A stretch of DNA of 64,000 nt from Eledone cirrhosa (GCA_964016885.1 OZ024745.1:129580001-129644000), one strand, 5' to 3'. Counted from the stretch's first letter, positions 12,061 through 27,381 are shown. The notes: generated from the sequence alone by a model not told the origin. Numbers and translations are program-made.

Positions 12061-12811
12061 CTATCTATCTATCTATCTATCTGTCTATCTGTCTGTCTAT
12101 CTGTCTATCTAGCTATCTGTCTATCTATTTGTCTGATTGTTTGAATGTCTGCATTCTGTCGTCTAACTGTCTATCGGTATATATGTCAGTCTTCTGTCCT
12201 GTCTGTCTATTTACCCTTTTCTCCTTTTCTTTCTTTATCTCTGCACCCATTCAGCCTTAATTCTCTTTTTCTTTAAATATGAACCAACAAACGATAAAAC
12301 GGCTGAACCACACAAGCTACCTAATAGCAATCCAATCCGTCTATTTACAGCTGTAGCATATATCACACACAAAGCAACGACCACTACATCGATCAGTACT
12401 GTTAACGAGGATACTTCTAAACACTTTCTCGCACTAAAAGAAATAATATTAACATTTCTTTTAAACCACACCCTATGGTCTAAAAGAAAATGAAAAATAT
12501 TTCATTCTTACTCTTCTGCAAAATGTTGTGTATTTCACAAAGAAAGCAGACACCTTTCGCTTGACTTGTATTGTCCTATTGAACTGAAAGCTTGAAACCA
12601 TCTTCCAGGGCCACATGGCAACCAAGTTTTCTTCAAGAGTATCAATGCATATATTACATATCCCACACTTTTATATTATGATATAAAGCACCAGTAATGC
12701 ATTGGCACGATTTAATCGACATTTCCCTTCCCTTGAAATTGCTGGCCTTCTGCCAGATGTAGAAACAATTATGATTAGTTTGCTGAATCAACGTTAGTTA
12801 ATGACAATCAA

Positions 12812-13000
12812 TAATAATTGTTTCTACTTTTGGCACAAGGCCAGCAATTACCCAGTGCATTACTGGTACTTTATTTTATCGACCCCGTAAGCATGAAAGG
12901 CAAAGTTAACCTCGACGGGATTTGAACTCAGACCGTAAAGGGACGTAACTATGCTAGAAAGCATGGCGTCCAACCCTCTACCGATACTGCCAATTCACCG
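12812..13000 (-). mobile_element. Full-length tRNA-derived SINE with TSD
   Basis: Minus strand A-box tggcagtatcggt, B-box gagttcaaatcc, core tttgcctttcat…ggggtcgataaaataaagtaccag; ~15-bp TSD gacaatcaataataa at 12803 and 13000. Confidence 0.9.
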
Positions 13001-13247
13001 ACAATCAATAATAATAATCTTTACTTACATTTTACCTTCAAATAACTTTAATGTATTATCAGGTTTCGAATATACCTCACTCTAGATCACTTGCTGATCA
13101 GTTAAAATGCTTATGTATAATATATCGCGAAGTACTGCTGACGTATCCAAGATGGTAACGGGGCAAAATTTTGAAGAATGTGTCACCACATCCACTCAAC
13201 AGCATGCTAGAACTCTCATCTCATAAATGTATTGTTTCTTCTCACTA

Positions 13248-13410
13248 AATAATTGTTTCTACATTTGGCACAAGGCCAGCAATTACCCAGACGTTACTGG
13301 TACTTTATTTTATCGACCCCGTAAGGATGAAAAGCAAAGTTAACCTCGACGGGATTTGAACTCCAATCATAAAGGGACGTACCTCTATGCTTCGAAGCAT
13401 GGTGTCCGAC
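13248..13410 (-). mobile_element. tRNA-derived SINE, 5' truncated
   Basis: Same family sequence as 12812-13000. Confidence 0.85.
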
Positions 13411-15199
13411 TACCACCACTATAATCACCTTCACCAACTCCACCACAATCAAACTGGCTACTGTTACAGCCACCTCCTGTATCTAAATACACACCTCCCA
13501 AACATTGTTATTGACATCACTACCAATATCAATGTAACTATGTCAGCCTCACCATTACAATTATTATAAACCCACTACAACCAACATAACCCAATATTAA
13601 TGTGACTATGAACGCCACAACACTACGGTTATTACAAACTCACTACTACCAAAGTAATGATCATTAAACATCACCATCATAACCCATATTAAAAATTCGA
13701 CTCCGTCCTCGCAACCAGTAGCTTCCCCTCTTACGTCTGTCATCATTACCAGAGTAGCCATGGGCACCAACCACCACCACCACCACCACCATCATCATCA
13801 CGTTAAAACCACTACAAACACCCTTGTCATCAACCACCTCTTCCATTACTATTACCAATTCGTTATAAGCATGACAATTGGTTTCACCTAGAGTGCAAAT
13901 CCGTTAACCCAGATATGCCAAAAGCAGACTTGTTACGGCAACACATGCACTCACACACATGAATACATATAGGCACACATGTACATGCAAATATATAGAT
14001 GCAAACGCTGAGACATATAGACATATATAATAGTAAAAATATACAAAAAGAACTAAAACGGTAAGCGATCCATATGGTTTGATTGGTAAACTTTGTTCGC
14101 AGGTTATTGCTATTGTTCAGAGGGTAAGAGAAAAATCTTGCTATAAGGTGGTAGCTTTCAGCTTTTTCTCATTTATGAGTAAATTGACTGGCTGTAGTCT
14201 AGTGTACTTAAAAACACTGATGTCATTGCTGTTACTGTTGTTACTGCTGTTACTGTTGTTACTGCTGTACTCGTAGCGCTTGATGTTTTGTTGTTATAGT
14301 TGTTGCTTTTATGGTTATTTAGATACAATTCAACCCTGAATAAGGAGACCAATGATCTGATCACACTATAACTGTAATCCCCGTGCTTTATAATATCATG
14401 TAGGATAAAATATAATTTAGTACATATTTCCTTTATTAATGATAGTCGGAAGTCCCCCGAGGTAAATTCCACAGCTACTTCTATCAAGTAGTATAACCAC
14501 GTAGAGGTTCTCTTGTTGGTTTGTAGTTCTTCATATTATTATTGTGGCTCCTGTTGCTATTGATTCTGTTTGGATTTACGTCACCCCTAATCGAGACGAT
14601 TTAACTACAAAGACATTCTGCCCACGAATATCGCATCGTTTTTGCCGTGTGTCTATGGTTATAATGTCTAATGTGTCTTTGATATATAATATACTCAGTT
14701 GTGATATTCAAGGGAGATTTGGCTGCTATTTTTAGTAGATCATGTGACCATTGATCCTTCACACATATATATAGACGCTTTTTAAAAATATTGTTTTTGT
14801 TGATTTTGCTGCTGTTGTGTGTATGAAGGTTAGACCTGATTCAACAGAATTAAGATCAAAGTATGAATATCTCATAACATGTTTATTTATTGAGTCGGCA
14901 GAGGTCTATATATTACCTATTTACCTACGATATCTAGCCGTTTGATCGTCCACCTAGAGACTTCTAATGCGGCTGTTTACAACGGTTAAATTTCGCAATC
15001 GTGTTCTTTTGGTGGTTGATTGCTGTGATTGGTTACCATTTTAATTGTCGTTACTACTGTTTTGTTTTTAAACTGTTAGTCAGAGGAGCAAAGTCTTTGT
15101 CTATAATATGTTTAGGCTCTCAAGTACTGCTGACCATTCTTGTAGTAATTTCTAGAGAACTACAAACAAGATTGGGAAGAGAAAGAACTGGTGTTCTAA

Positions 15200-15620
15200 T
15201 CTGAATGCCTGGAAGATAGTGAGGTCTGCTAAAGGCTTTTCTGAGCAAGAGTTGCTCTTGTAACAGTTTCGCCCCAAGTCAGCTATAATTGAACAGACTT
15301 ACTTAGAATTAGAATCTCCCGTGCCTTGAGAAACATGAGGCAACCAAACTTCCCTAATTATCACATTCAGTTGTATCCTTATCATTGTTCTGCTTTCCCT
15401 GATGGTGAACCTTTCTTTCCTTAATTAATTGTCAGGGGTGGTCACAAATCCATGCTGCCAAGATGGGCTTCTTGTACCCCAGTATTTCTTCACCTGCTGT
15501 TTTCATTGCCTACTGTAAGTTTCCCCACCATTGTTATGTTCCTGGTGGAATGACATCTAAGGCAGAGAATCTGTTTTGAAAAACTTCCCCGAAAAACTTC
15601 CCCGCACATTGTTGCAGTCT
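15200..15620 (-). pseudogene. Highly decayed LINE ORF2 fragment
   Basis: Minus-strand translation includes WGNLQ*AMKTAGEEILGYKKPILAAWI, resembling the EN-RT linker of RTE/CR1-type LINEs; multiple stops. Confidence 0.4.
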
Positions 15621-16223
15621 CGGTTACACAATCTGTATTTATACAGATATAATTTTATCATACACTTCGGCTGCTGGAGCATTTCTCAATATATATCTCA
15701 ATTAATTACCAACACAAGCTCTGATTGTATGCAAATTAGCATGTCTATTTCAGAATAATATTAAGAGCTACTACATATATTTACCCATCAAATACATGTT
15801 TCCTTGTGGTTGATTGGGTGATAGACACACTTCTGATGAGGGGGCCACTTAGATTCGGAAATCAATTAGAGGTATTTATCATTAATTCCTTAATTCTACG
15901 TAATAAAAATGTATATATTTATATACACATGGTTATAGTCTCGATTACATTGTAATTATACAGCTAAAACATGAGACTAGTTGTCTTTAAAAAGTAGATA
16001 TTCTGGTTAAACCACACACCTTTCTTTCCTGACTGTGAACAGAAAATGACATGGAGCTGACTAGTTTTAGCATATATTTAACACCCTATTAGAGAATGGC
16101 CACTCCCTAACTCCACGAGGGAGAGAACAATACCATATATATATTTAAGGTATACTATGTCGAGGATATATCTTAATTGATTTGCTGTTATAGAAATAAA
16201 GGTAAAATCGTTTAAAAGAGAAG

Positions 16224-16630
16224 TCCTCTCGTGTCTCAAATAATCGTCCTTCCCACCGCTTATTAATTTTTCAGGTTTTTTCCAACCCCGGCTCGTATCC
16301 CCCCCCCCCCCCCCCGCACATACACTTATTAAATTTTGCTAATCTATCTCCGGCGAAATGTTATTTTAAGTGGTAGCACTCCTGGGACAATTAATATTAC
16401 TTTAGACATAAAAAAGAAACATTATACATGACCCCAAAAGTACATTACTAGAAATCTCAGACACTTTAAAATACATAGGATGTGTTGGGGTCTTGATATG
16501 TAAATTAAACGAGTAATTCTGTTTCATTAAAAATTTAATAGCTACAACCTAGAAAAATTATCGCCCCCCCCGCTTATTCCAACTCCACCGCTTATTCTAC
16601 CCCTCCCCTATTATTTGGGATTCGAGAGTA
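16224..16630. mobile_element. MITE-like element with ~20-bp TIRs and internal ccgcttatt repeats
   Basis: tcctctcgtgtctcaaataa … ttatttgggattcgagagta; repeated subterminal ccgcttatt. Confidence 0.65.
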
Positions 16631-16719
16631 ATTCAAATAGCTTTTTACTACACAGCATTCAGATAACTCCAGATAAGCGTATGATGATATTTATTCCTTG
16701 TGTACGGGTACAAACGTAT

Positions 16720-16970
16720 TTGCTCTCGGGTGACAATTAATCGTCCCCTCCTCGCTTATTAATTTTTCATATTTTTTTGCAACTAACTCACTAGCTCTTA
16801 TTCCAATCCCCCGCTTATTCAATTTTGCTGATTTCTCTCCGGCAAAATTTTGTTTTTAACAAAAATCAACGGAGTCAACCTAGAAAATTTGCAGATTTTC
16901 CAACCCTCCAATTTATTGCAACACCTCCGCTTATTCCCCACCCGCCCCTATTATTTGGGGCCTGAGACTA
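16720..16970. mobile_element. Second, related MITE-like element
   Basis: tgctctcgggtgacaattaatcgtcc … ttatttggggcctgagacta; parallels 16224-16630. Confidence 0.6.
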
Positions 16971-17432
16971 TATAATTCTAGTATTTGATAATATGTACGT
17001 ATCGATCGTATAAAATTCTAGAAATTGATAATATGTACGTATCGATCGTATAAAATTTTCCATATATACTTTCAAATCAATTTTTAAAATGTCATAGCCT
17101 CCAACGTAAAATGTATTGTATAATGCTATTTGATAATACTTGTGTATGTATGTGTGGGAGTGTGTGGGAGTATGTGCCACTGTGTGTGTTAGATGTTACT
17201 CTGTATGTAAATTGTATATACACGTACACATCTTTCATCTCTGTTATACAAAGAAGTGCAAATCTAAATATGTTATTTAGAAAATACTCCTTTGTGTGAA
17301 AACAGTAACAATAAGAATAGTAATAAAACAACAGGTTAGCTATAAAACTGCCACCAAGGGTATATAATACACACATACACAATAGTAATACAAATATAAT
17401 ATACATACATACACAAGCACACTTACATACAT

Positions 17433-17530
<98 letters not shown>

Positions 17531-17531
<1 letters not shown>

Positions 17532-17703
17532 ACGAAGGAGGTGTGGTAATGAACCAGATGGACCATAACGCACCAGAGTACTCAATACTTAGGGTAGTAG
17601 AGTGGGTAATAGGAAAATGTTTGACCCCGACGGCAGAGCTCAAGCCGTTTCGACGGCTATTTCTGGATTCGGCTTGAGCTCTGCCGTCGGGGTCAAACAT
17701 TTT

Positions 17704-17706
<3 letters not shown>
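17531..17706 (-). mobile_element. Family A fold-back element
   Basis: Reverse-complement tail plus palindrome; (TA)n flanks. Confidence 0.85.
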
Positions 17707-17769
<63 letters not shown>

Positions 17770-18136
17770 ACAATTTAGAAATTAAAAATAAAAAAATAAA
17801 AAATATATGATCAACACTACTCTGTTTTTTTTGCAAAATGACAATAATTTTTTAGCCAGATAGAAATACCTTAATTCAAGTACATATAGTCCGTCTGTAT
17901 CGATCTAGAGAATTTTAAATATTAAATCTATACTTACAGACGTAAAATGGCAACTGCCTGTATATAAATATACAATTATACATACACACATACACACGCG
18001 CACATATATATATTTATATATATGTATCCCATAAGAAATAATATGGTTCATTCTCCACCCCACTATCTCTCTCTCTTTCTTTCTCTCTTTCTCTGCCTCT
18101 CTTTCTCTCTCTTTTTCAATCTCTCTCATTTCTATA

Positions 18137-18182
<46 letters not shown>

Positions 18183-18398
18183 AAATTACCAATCGATTAA
18201 TTGGTGAAATATATTTCTTTATTAAAATATATACAAGGAAGATTAAACAATTTATATGGTATCCATTTTTGAAGTTCTAGTTAAACGTTAATTAGTTACC
18301 CACATAGCTGTGTGTGCTTACAAACTTTTACAGATTATCCCCTATGATTGTTTCATATGTTTATTTTAGATTTGTGTATATGTCAATCAATTTCTAGT

Positions 18399-18461
<63 letters not shown>

Positions 18462-18664
18462 TGTATATATATATATATATTCCTTTACTCAAATACACCA
18501 ACACACGAACACACATACACCGAAACCAAAAATATTGAGAAAGTCTCCCTAACCTTACTCCAGAATACACACACACAGACACACACACACACACGCACAC
18601 ATACACACACACGCACAGACACATATACACTCACAGAGAAAGACAAACAGACACACACACACAG

Positions 18665-18700
<36 letters not shown>

Positions 18701-18825
18701 GAACACACATACACCGAAACCAAAAATATTGAGAAAGTCTCCCTAACCTTACTCCAGAATACACACACACACATAGACAGACAAACAGACACACACACAA
18801 ACAGACAAACACACACACACACACA

Positions 18826-18865
<40 letters not shown>

Positions 18866-19443
18866 GATACACACATATATACACACACACACATACACAC
18901 AGACACACACACACACAGAGACAGACACACAGACAGACACACACACATACACACGCTCCCACAAACATGCACAAGTATTCATACTTCTACTGTTCGGTCC
19001 TGGAATTTTTCTTCTACAATGAAAATAAGAAAAAAATGGGTGTGGTTGGACTTCCTGTACGTGACACTTTGAATATTAGTTTCAATCTCCCCAACCTACT
19101 CCGAAACCAACCCCCCAAATCCCTCCCAATATATATATTTTTGCTTTTCTGTCTCCTTCATATGCTTCTAATCACCCCTCCTCCTTCTCCTCCATCGGTG
19201 CCAGTTTAGCCTTTTGTGAGGTTACGCAACTGTTTGCGCAAACATGACCTGCTTTTTAATGTCTATAACGATATCACGTTAGAGCTGTTCCCTCTGGGGG
19301 TGTTATGCCGTTTAGTTAGTGGGTGAATGTGGTGTTTCGGTGGAGAGGAGTGCTTCTATGTTGCTTTCACCATTGAGGGATTCTAGTTAGGAACAGAGAT
19401 TATGGTGTATGTTTGTCTTCTAGTTGTGCGTGTACATGCCAAT

Positions 19444-19500
<57 letters not shown>

Positions 19501-19511
19501 CACATATATAC

Positions 19512-19554
<43 letters not shown>

Positions 19555-19556
<2 letters not shown>

Positions 19557-19738
19557 AAAAAGTTTAACCCCGACGGCAGAGCTCAAGCCGTTTCGTCTCA
19601 TTCCAGAAATAGCCGTCGAAACGGCTTGAGCTCTGCTGTCGGGGTTCAACTTTTTCATATTACCCACTCTACTACCCTAAGTATTGAGTACTCTGGTGCG
19701 TTATAGTCCACCTGGTTCCTTGGCACATTTCCTTCGTT
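19555..19738 (+). mobile_element. Family A fold-back element
   Basis: Palindrome plus tail; (TA)n flanks. Confidence 0.85.
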
Positions 19739-19740
19739 TA

Positions 19741-19829
<89 letters not shown>

Positions 19830-19833
<4 letters not shown>

Positions 19834-20088
19834 ATATTAACAAATGGAAACTATATTTATAAAACCATATTTATTTTATTATATATTTTTCAAGGGCCAC
19901 CAAGCAAATTATTGCATAATTTCCCTTGGTGGCCCTTGAAATATGTATAATAAAATAAATATGGTTTTATAAATATAGTTTCCATTTGTTAATATATTGT
20001 ATATTTACTCCACTAAACTGTTGAGTGCCTTATATCAGTTATAAAAATGTTTAAGCTTGTTAAATCTCAACAAATTAAATATAACCTC

Positions 20089-20092
<4 letters not shown>
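19830..20092 (+). mobile_element. Family M fold-back element centred on HHR stem II
   Basis: Inverted arms ~19830-19904 / 19925-20001; retains ggtggccctt-GAAA-tatgta-TA-ataaaa; the full HHR of this family is at 34208-34268. Confidence 0.8.
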
Positions 20093-20158
<66 letters not shown>

Positions 20159-20227
20159 AATGAAGTAATTCTGTCGGAAAAGTCCAGGAAAAATGAAATA
20201 ATTGCCTTATGTTGTTTATTACATAAC

Positions 20228-21735
<1,508 letters not shown>

Positions 21736-21923
21736 GCATATATGTGTATATATGTATACATATATATGTATATATGTATATATATATATATTATATATAT
21801 ATATACATACATATATATATATATGTATGTATATATATATATAATTCTCATCTCGGGAACAATTTTGAATAGCGCCAGTTCGTAATTTGAACTCGGGAAT
21901 TTTATATTCTCCGAGTGAAAAGA

Positions 21924-22010
21924 ATCTTCTGACGAGAGTTTATCTTTTTAATGGAAGCCCGCAAGGACTATCCATTTATTTCTGAGACTCGAAAACGATT
22001 CGCTAAAGGT
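21924..22010 (+). ncRNA. Hammerhead ribozyme (family E, copy 1)
   Basis: atctt-CTGACGA-gagtt…gactc-GAAA-acgattcgc-TA-aaggt. Confidence 0.8.
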
Positions 22011-22407
22011 AACCATAGTAAGTACAGTTAATTTTTTGAAATTTATTTTGAAACTTTTTCTTATTTGCTAAACCTTAATTATATATGTTCTGGCTCGTTA
22101 ATTTATTAACCTGCCATTGAACCACATTGGCATACGGTTGGATAATACATGTGTCCCTATTCGTTTTTGCCTGTAGGGATATATACTTTATTATTATTAA
22201 TCTCCCCTGGTCGAGATGAAATTTGATCATTTTGACTACTGCTATTTATAGTGGTAGTAGATTGACCTCCCTGCCTCTGCCTCTATCTTTGCACACGGGA
22301 CTGGACAGAATTGCTTCCACATCATTCATTCTCATCTCGGGAACAATTTTGAATAGCGCCAGTTCGTAATTCGAACTCGGGAATTTTATATTCTCCGAGT
22401 GAAAAGA

Positions 22408-22493
22408 ACCTTTTGACGAGAGTTTATCTTTTCAATGGAAGCCCGCAAGGACTATCCATTTATTTTTGAGACTCGAACCAATTCGGTAAAGGT
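22408..22493 (+). ncRNA. Hammerhead ribozyme (family E, copy 2, core mutated)
   Basis: acctt-TTGACGA-gagtt…gactc-GAA-ccaattcgg-TA-aaggt. Confidence 0.65.
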
Positions 22494-22560
22494 AACCATA
22501 GTAAGTACAGTTAATTTTTTGAAATTTATTTTGAAACTTTTTCTTATTTGCTAAACCTTG

Positions 22561-22604
<44 letters not shown>

Positions 22605-22665
22605 TGTCTCTGTGTGTAATGAATTTGGCTATCAATGTATAAATATGTTACTATGGTGCAACATT

Positions 22666-22708
<43 letters not shown>

Positions 22709-23159
22709 ACGTGTATGTGTATGTGTGTATTTATATATGTGAGTATGTACATATTTATATCTGGGAGTATGTACATATGTGTGCGTGTATCTGTGTCTCT
22801 CTCTTTATATGAATGTATGTATGTGTGTGTACGTGTACGTCTTTTTATGTATGTATATATGTATGTGTATTTATATGTATGTGTGCGTACTATGTGTGTG
22901 TGTGCGTATTTATATGTATGTGTTTGTGACCGTGCATAATACGGTTTGATAAAAGGGTGTGGCTGCCTGTAAGCCGATTGTTGTTTGTTCTTTTATTTGT
23001 TATTTTATCGTTGTTATTGTTGATTTTGTGTCATGTGATTTTGCTTTTATATTCGTGATTTCATATGAAGCTGTGTCATCTATTCATTTTGTTGTGCTAC
23101 GTATTGTTGATGTTAAGTTATGTCATTTTTATTTTTATTTCTACCATGTATTGATATTA

Positions 23160-23535
23160 TTACCTTTGTTGTTATAACATGTGGTATTATTGTTGTTCTA
23201 CGTCTACCTTTGTTGTTATAACATGTGGTATTATTGTTGTTCTATGTCTACCTTTGTTGATATAACATGTGGTATTATTGTTGTTCTATGTCTACCTTTG
23301 TTGTTATAACATGTGGTATTATTGTTGTTCTATGTCTACCTTTGTTGTTATAACATGCGGTATTATTGTTGTTCTATGTCTACCATTGTTGTTCTATGTC
23401 TACCATTGTTGTTATAACATGTGGTATTATTGTTGTTCTATGTCTACCTTTGTTGTTATAACATGTGGTATTATTGTTGTTCTATGTCTACCATTGTTGT
23501 TATAACATGTGGTATTATTGTTGTTCTATGTCTAC
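23160..23535. repeat. 44-bp minisatellite (ataacatgtggtattattgttgttctatgtctacctttgttgtt), ~8 units
   Basis: Read directly. Confidence 0.95.
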
Positions 23536-23571
23536 GTTTGTTTGTATGCTATTGAGTTCTCTATTATAGAC

Positions 23572-23847
23572 AATAATTGTTTCTACTTTTGGCACAAGGC
23601 CAGCAATTACCCAGTACATTACTGGTACTTTATTTTATCGACCCGTAAGGATGAAAGGCAAAGTTAACCTTGGCGGGCTTTGAACTCAGACCATAACGGG
23701 CCGTATCTCTTTGCTGCAAGGCATGGCGTCCGACTCTCTACTGATACTGCCAATTCACCGCCCTTTATAGACAATAATTGTTTCTACTTTAGGCACACTT
23801 TATTTTATCGACCCCGTAAGGATGAAAGGCAAAGTCAACCTCGGCAG
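23572..23847 (-). mobile_element. Full-length SINE plus an adjacent partial copy
   Basis: Family sequence with A/B boxes; agacaataat recurs at the junctions. Confidence 0.85.
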
Positions 23848-24589
23848 ACAATAATGTTATTTCTTTGTGGATGTCAGGATATTAATGTTTATATATTTAT
23901 ATGCTCTATTCTTTGTCCTACTTTTTGTGTCCATCTTTTCATGCATATTTTGGTGAAGATTGTTTCTAAGGTCTATAAAGAATTTTTCTAATTCCTGTGG
24001 ATCATGCAGTTGTTGTTTAACCACGAGGGGACAAACCTTTGATCAAAAGCATTGTAATCACGGCTATCCCTTTTTAAGACACCCTGTTATCCAAAATTAT
24101 ATCTATTTCCAACCTTTTCTTTTTTTTCAAACAGAGTGTGATGTGGAGAATATGTGGCTGCTATTTCTAGCAGCTCGAGTGATATCATAGAGACGATATG
24201 ATTGGCTGGTCATATTTCCTTTGAAAAAGGTGGCGTTATATTGGCAGTGTCTTTAAAACATACGGTAAAATATCTTTTATGATACCTGTTATATTTTATT
24301 TTTGAGTACGGAAGCTATGTTGGTTTGTATTTCTTTCATGTTGTTTATTGCAAATGTATTGTTTATTATTTTGTATGAATGTTATATTTTTTATATTGAT
24401 TTCATGATAGTTATAATTCCAGTGTGTATATAGATTTTATATTGCTCTTGCTTAGATTTATATTGTTTTTGTGATATTTCTAATAGCTGTCTTTTTCCCC
24501 TGTTATATTCCTTACTTAGTATTTCTTTAATCTGCTTTTAATATTGCCATTGTTAAAGAATATTTAGCTCTATTGCTATTTTATTAATT

Positions 24590-24620
24590 ACTAGTAGAAT
24601 GGCCCGGCGTTGCTCGGGAT
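24590..24620 (+). mobile_element. Possible Helitron/Helentron-type terminus
   Basis: actagtagaatggcccggcgttgctcggg resembles the ACTAG…CCCGGCGTTGCCCGGG end motif of animal non-autonomous rolling-circle elements. Confidence 0.4.
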
Positions 24621-24884
24621 TTGCTCTAGGGTTCTTATATATTTGATATATATTTATCTTTATCGAGCCTCGTGAAATAAATACGTAGTTGTTGTTTTGA
24701 AGTTTCGGGATTGATCACGCTTTGGGGCACATACAGGCGGCGGCAGGTGTACTGGGTCAGTACACACTACAGTGCTGTGAATCTAACTTGATAGACAGAA
24801 TCTGTATAGAAAAACATTAGTACTTCTGCACCACTTTTTCATCAGGCATAAAATACATATATACAACCATATATATATATAAAC

Positions 24885-25192
24885 ATATATATTTATTTGG
24901 TCTTTTACCGGTTTCGCAGTTCTTCAGCTTTTCAAAAGTAGAATTGAGATGGAGTGATTGTGGTTTTTCTCATTGTAACGCGAACAGGCGCGAAATTTAT
25001 TATACTTATTCACCAACCAACCAAATTACTTCTCTAAAAACCTAGCATTTCGAGCAACTTTTTTCCATATAAAACAAGTAACATACAAATACCAACCATT
25101 TGTGAGAAAAACCACAAACCCTCCATCTCAATTCTACTTTTGAAAAGCAGAAGAACTGCGAAACCGGTAAAGGAGCCAAATAAATATATATT
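24885..25192 (+). mobile_element. Fold-back element with degenerate minimal HHR
   Basis: Inverted arms ~24885-24972 / 25103-25192; TTGAAAA-gcag aagaa ctgc-GAAA-ccgg-TA-aagg at ~25136-25174. Confidence 0.65.
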
Positions 25193-25609
25193 TTTATAAA
25201 AAAAAGACTCCAGTTGAATTTTCGATTTCATTTTTTTTCCTTATACTTTCACTCGTGTAGGACACCTCGTTTTTTTTCATTTTGTAAAAAAACCTCACTT
25301 TCTTATATATATATAAATATATATATATAACAGAGGAAGAAAAATGACAGTTATATGCTATTTTTGTTGTGTGGTTTACCAGTAGGTAGATCTGGTCATT
25401 CCGGTTAGCAAATCATGATGTAATAAGTGAAAGCAGTCGACGTTATGCAAATCATGCATAGTGGATTTGGTATCTCTTGGTTGGTGTAAAAACTTGAAAT
25501 ATTCTTTTTGTTTGCCAACAGCACATCACCCTACAAATCAACATCACTCCTACCACCATCATCATTGTTATAATTGACGCTGTCGTTGTCGTCGTTATCG
25601 TGATAGGGC

Positions 25610-25825
25610 GGTGGATTGGGAGTATCGGTAGAGGGTCGGACGACATGCTTTGCACCATAGAGTTACGGCCCTTTATGATTTGAGTTCAAATCCCACCGAG
25701 GTTAACTTTGCCTTTCATCCGTACATGATCGGTAAATTAAAGTTCCAGTCACGCACTGGGGTCGATTTAATCGTCTTTCTCCTCCCTCAAAATTGCTGAC
25801 CTTGTGCCTATACAAGAAACCATTA
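25610..25825 (+). mobile_element. Full-length tRNA-derived SINE
   Basis: A-box tgggagtatcggt, B-box gagttcaaatcc, conserved core, AT-rich end. Confidence 0.85.
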
Positions 25826-25915
25826 TCACGATAGTGGCAGTGATTGGGGGGGGGGGGGGGGGGTCATAGTCATTATCAAAAAACAAAACACAGCCAGCGA
25901 CCCCATTTGCTCATG

Positions 25916-26102
25916 ATAATTGTTTCTACTTTTTGGCACAAGGCCAGCAATTACCCAGTACATAACTGGTACTTTATTTTATCGACCCCGTAAGGATGAA
26001 AGACAAAGTTAACCTCGGCGGGATTTGAACTCAGATCATAAAGGGACATAACTATGCTAGAAAGCATGGCGTCTGACCCTCTACCGATACTGCCAATTCA
26101 CC
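25916..26102 (-). mobile_element. Full-length SINE inserted into old repeat copy 3
   Basis: The SINE splits ccccatttgctcat | agtgatagatagggagg of the old repeat. Confidence 0.85.
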
Positions 26103-26344
26103 ATAGTGATAGATAGGGAGGTGGAGAGGGACGGAGGTGTTGACAGTGGGATTCCGGCTCCTCTGGTGTAGATATGTGTGTATTTTTAACCTATCGACCA
26201 CCGAGGGAATGAAGAGAGAATGTTCCACCCATTAGACAGCACGAACCATTCATACTGGGGATCAACCATACCATTGTGGAATGAATGCTTGAATGCTGGT
26301 TCTAGTTATTTCATGACACGATGGAATACATTTAGTATTAATGT

Positions 26345-26500
26345 GGTGTGTTAAATAAATATATACATATATACCAGGTCCGAACACGTTGGAACCGAAC
26401 TCTCACTGTACTGCCTGTGTCTCTCCCGTTCTCCCCATCACTTAAAAGTATAAGCAAATGGGGCGCATGCGCTGGTCGTCCCGCGGCCCCGGCGGACAAT
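26345..26500 (+). repeat. Old dispersed repeat, copy 4
   Basis: Homologous to 10315-10455 and to the reverse complement of 1905-2010. Confidence 0.7.
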
Positions 26501-27294
26501 AAATCTACCGCGCCAAGATGCAACATGACAATTGACATACGATATAGTATTATTATTCACTACAGTCAAATCATACGACAGCTACACGAAATTTTTTCAC
26601 ACCCATCACTGTCAGGCAAAACATTCTTGAACACAGCAATATTATACTGTATACCAGCTGGTTTTCTATATTTATCCCCTAAATTTTTAAAGTTACAAGC
26701 CTTCCATATATGTGTTCTGTGTTGTTTGAATTTTTTTCAAAATGGACTGTAATTGGCGTGCGTGCTTGTGAATGTGTATGTGTCTGAGTGTGACTATAAA
26801 TGTATCTGTTAAAATTCATGTGGGTGTCTGTGAGTGTGTGCAAGTGTGCGAGAATGTGTGTGAGTGTGTATTCGTCTTAGTGTGAGAATACATGTGAGAA
26901 GGGATGATATTGTGAATGATTCTGTCATTGAAATATTTAAAAATGTGTGTAAAAATAAGTAGTATGTATTTATCTGTGTATCTGTGTATAAAAGTGCACG
27001 AACCATTAAGTAGAATCTAAAGTCTTCTACTTAAGATTCTAGATGAACTTGAACAATGCTTTGTGAGCGAAATCTGGTAGACGGAATATGTGCGAAAGCC
27101 ATTCGTATTTAATTCAATATATACATATAAATATATATATATAAATCTACTATATGCAGAGGTTGGCCTAGGTCTTGTGAATGAAATAAGACACCAGTTA
27201 TCCTTACAGAGCCCTCTTTGGATTTTACTCTTCAAATTTATTATTATTACTATATATAAATATATATTTGTATATATATATATATATATATACG

Positions 27295-27326
<32 letters not shown>

Positions 27327-27381
27327 CGTACACTTATATATACGTACACTTATATATATATGTATATATATACATACCTAC

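Larger units (their letters stand above)
21844..22563 (+). mobile_element. Family E retrozyme-like partial tandem (unit 484 bp, two HHRs)
   Basis: ~240-bp direct repeat 21844-22083 / ~22328-22563, each copy with an HHR; (TA)n flanks. Confidence 0.85.

Noticed and set aside
12812-13000. tRNA genes (also 31056 and 31775)
   Set aside because: A/B boxes are present but there is no intact cloverleaf, and each continues into a repeated SINE body.
15828-15875. Additional HHR-like cores (here and at ~6175-6222, ~9640, ~41680, ~46360, ~53200, ~58880)
   Set aside because: A CTGANGA-like and/or GAAA word is present but stems or core are too damaged to call; probably decayed members of the same class.
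18505-18765. ~60-bp direct repeat containing cctaacctta (telomere-like)
   Set aside because: Only isolated CCTAAC words within a local duplication in a (CA)n tract; not a telomeric array.
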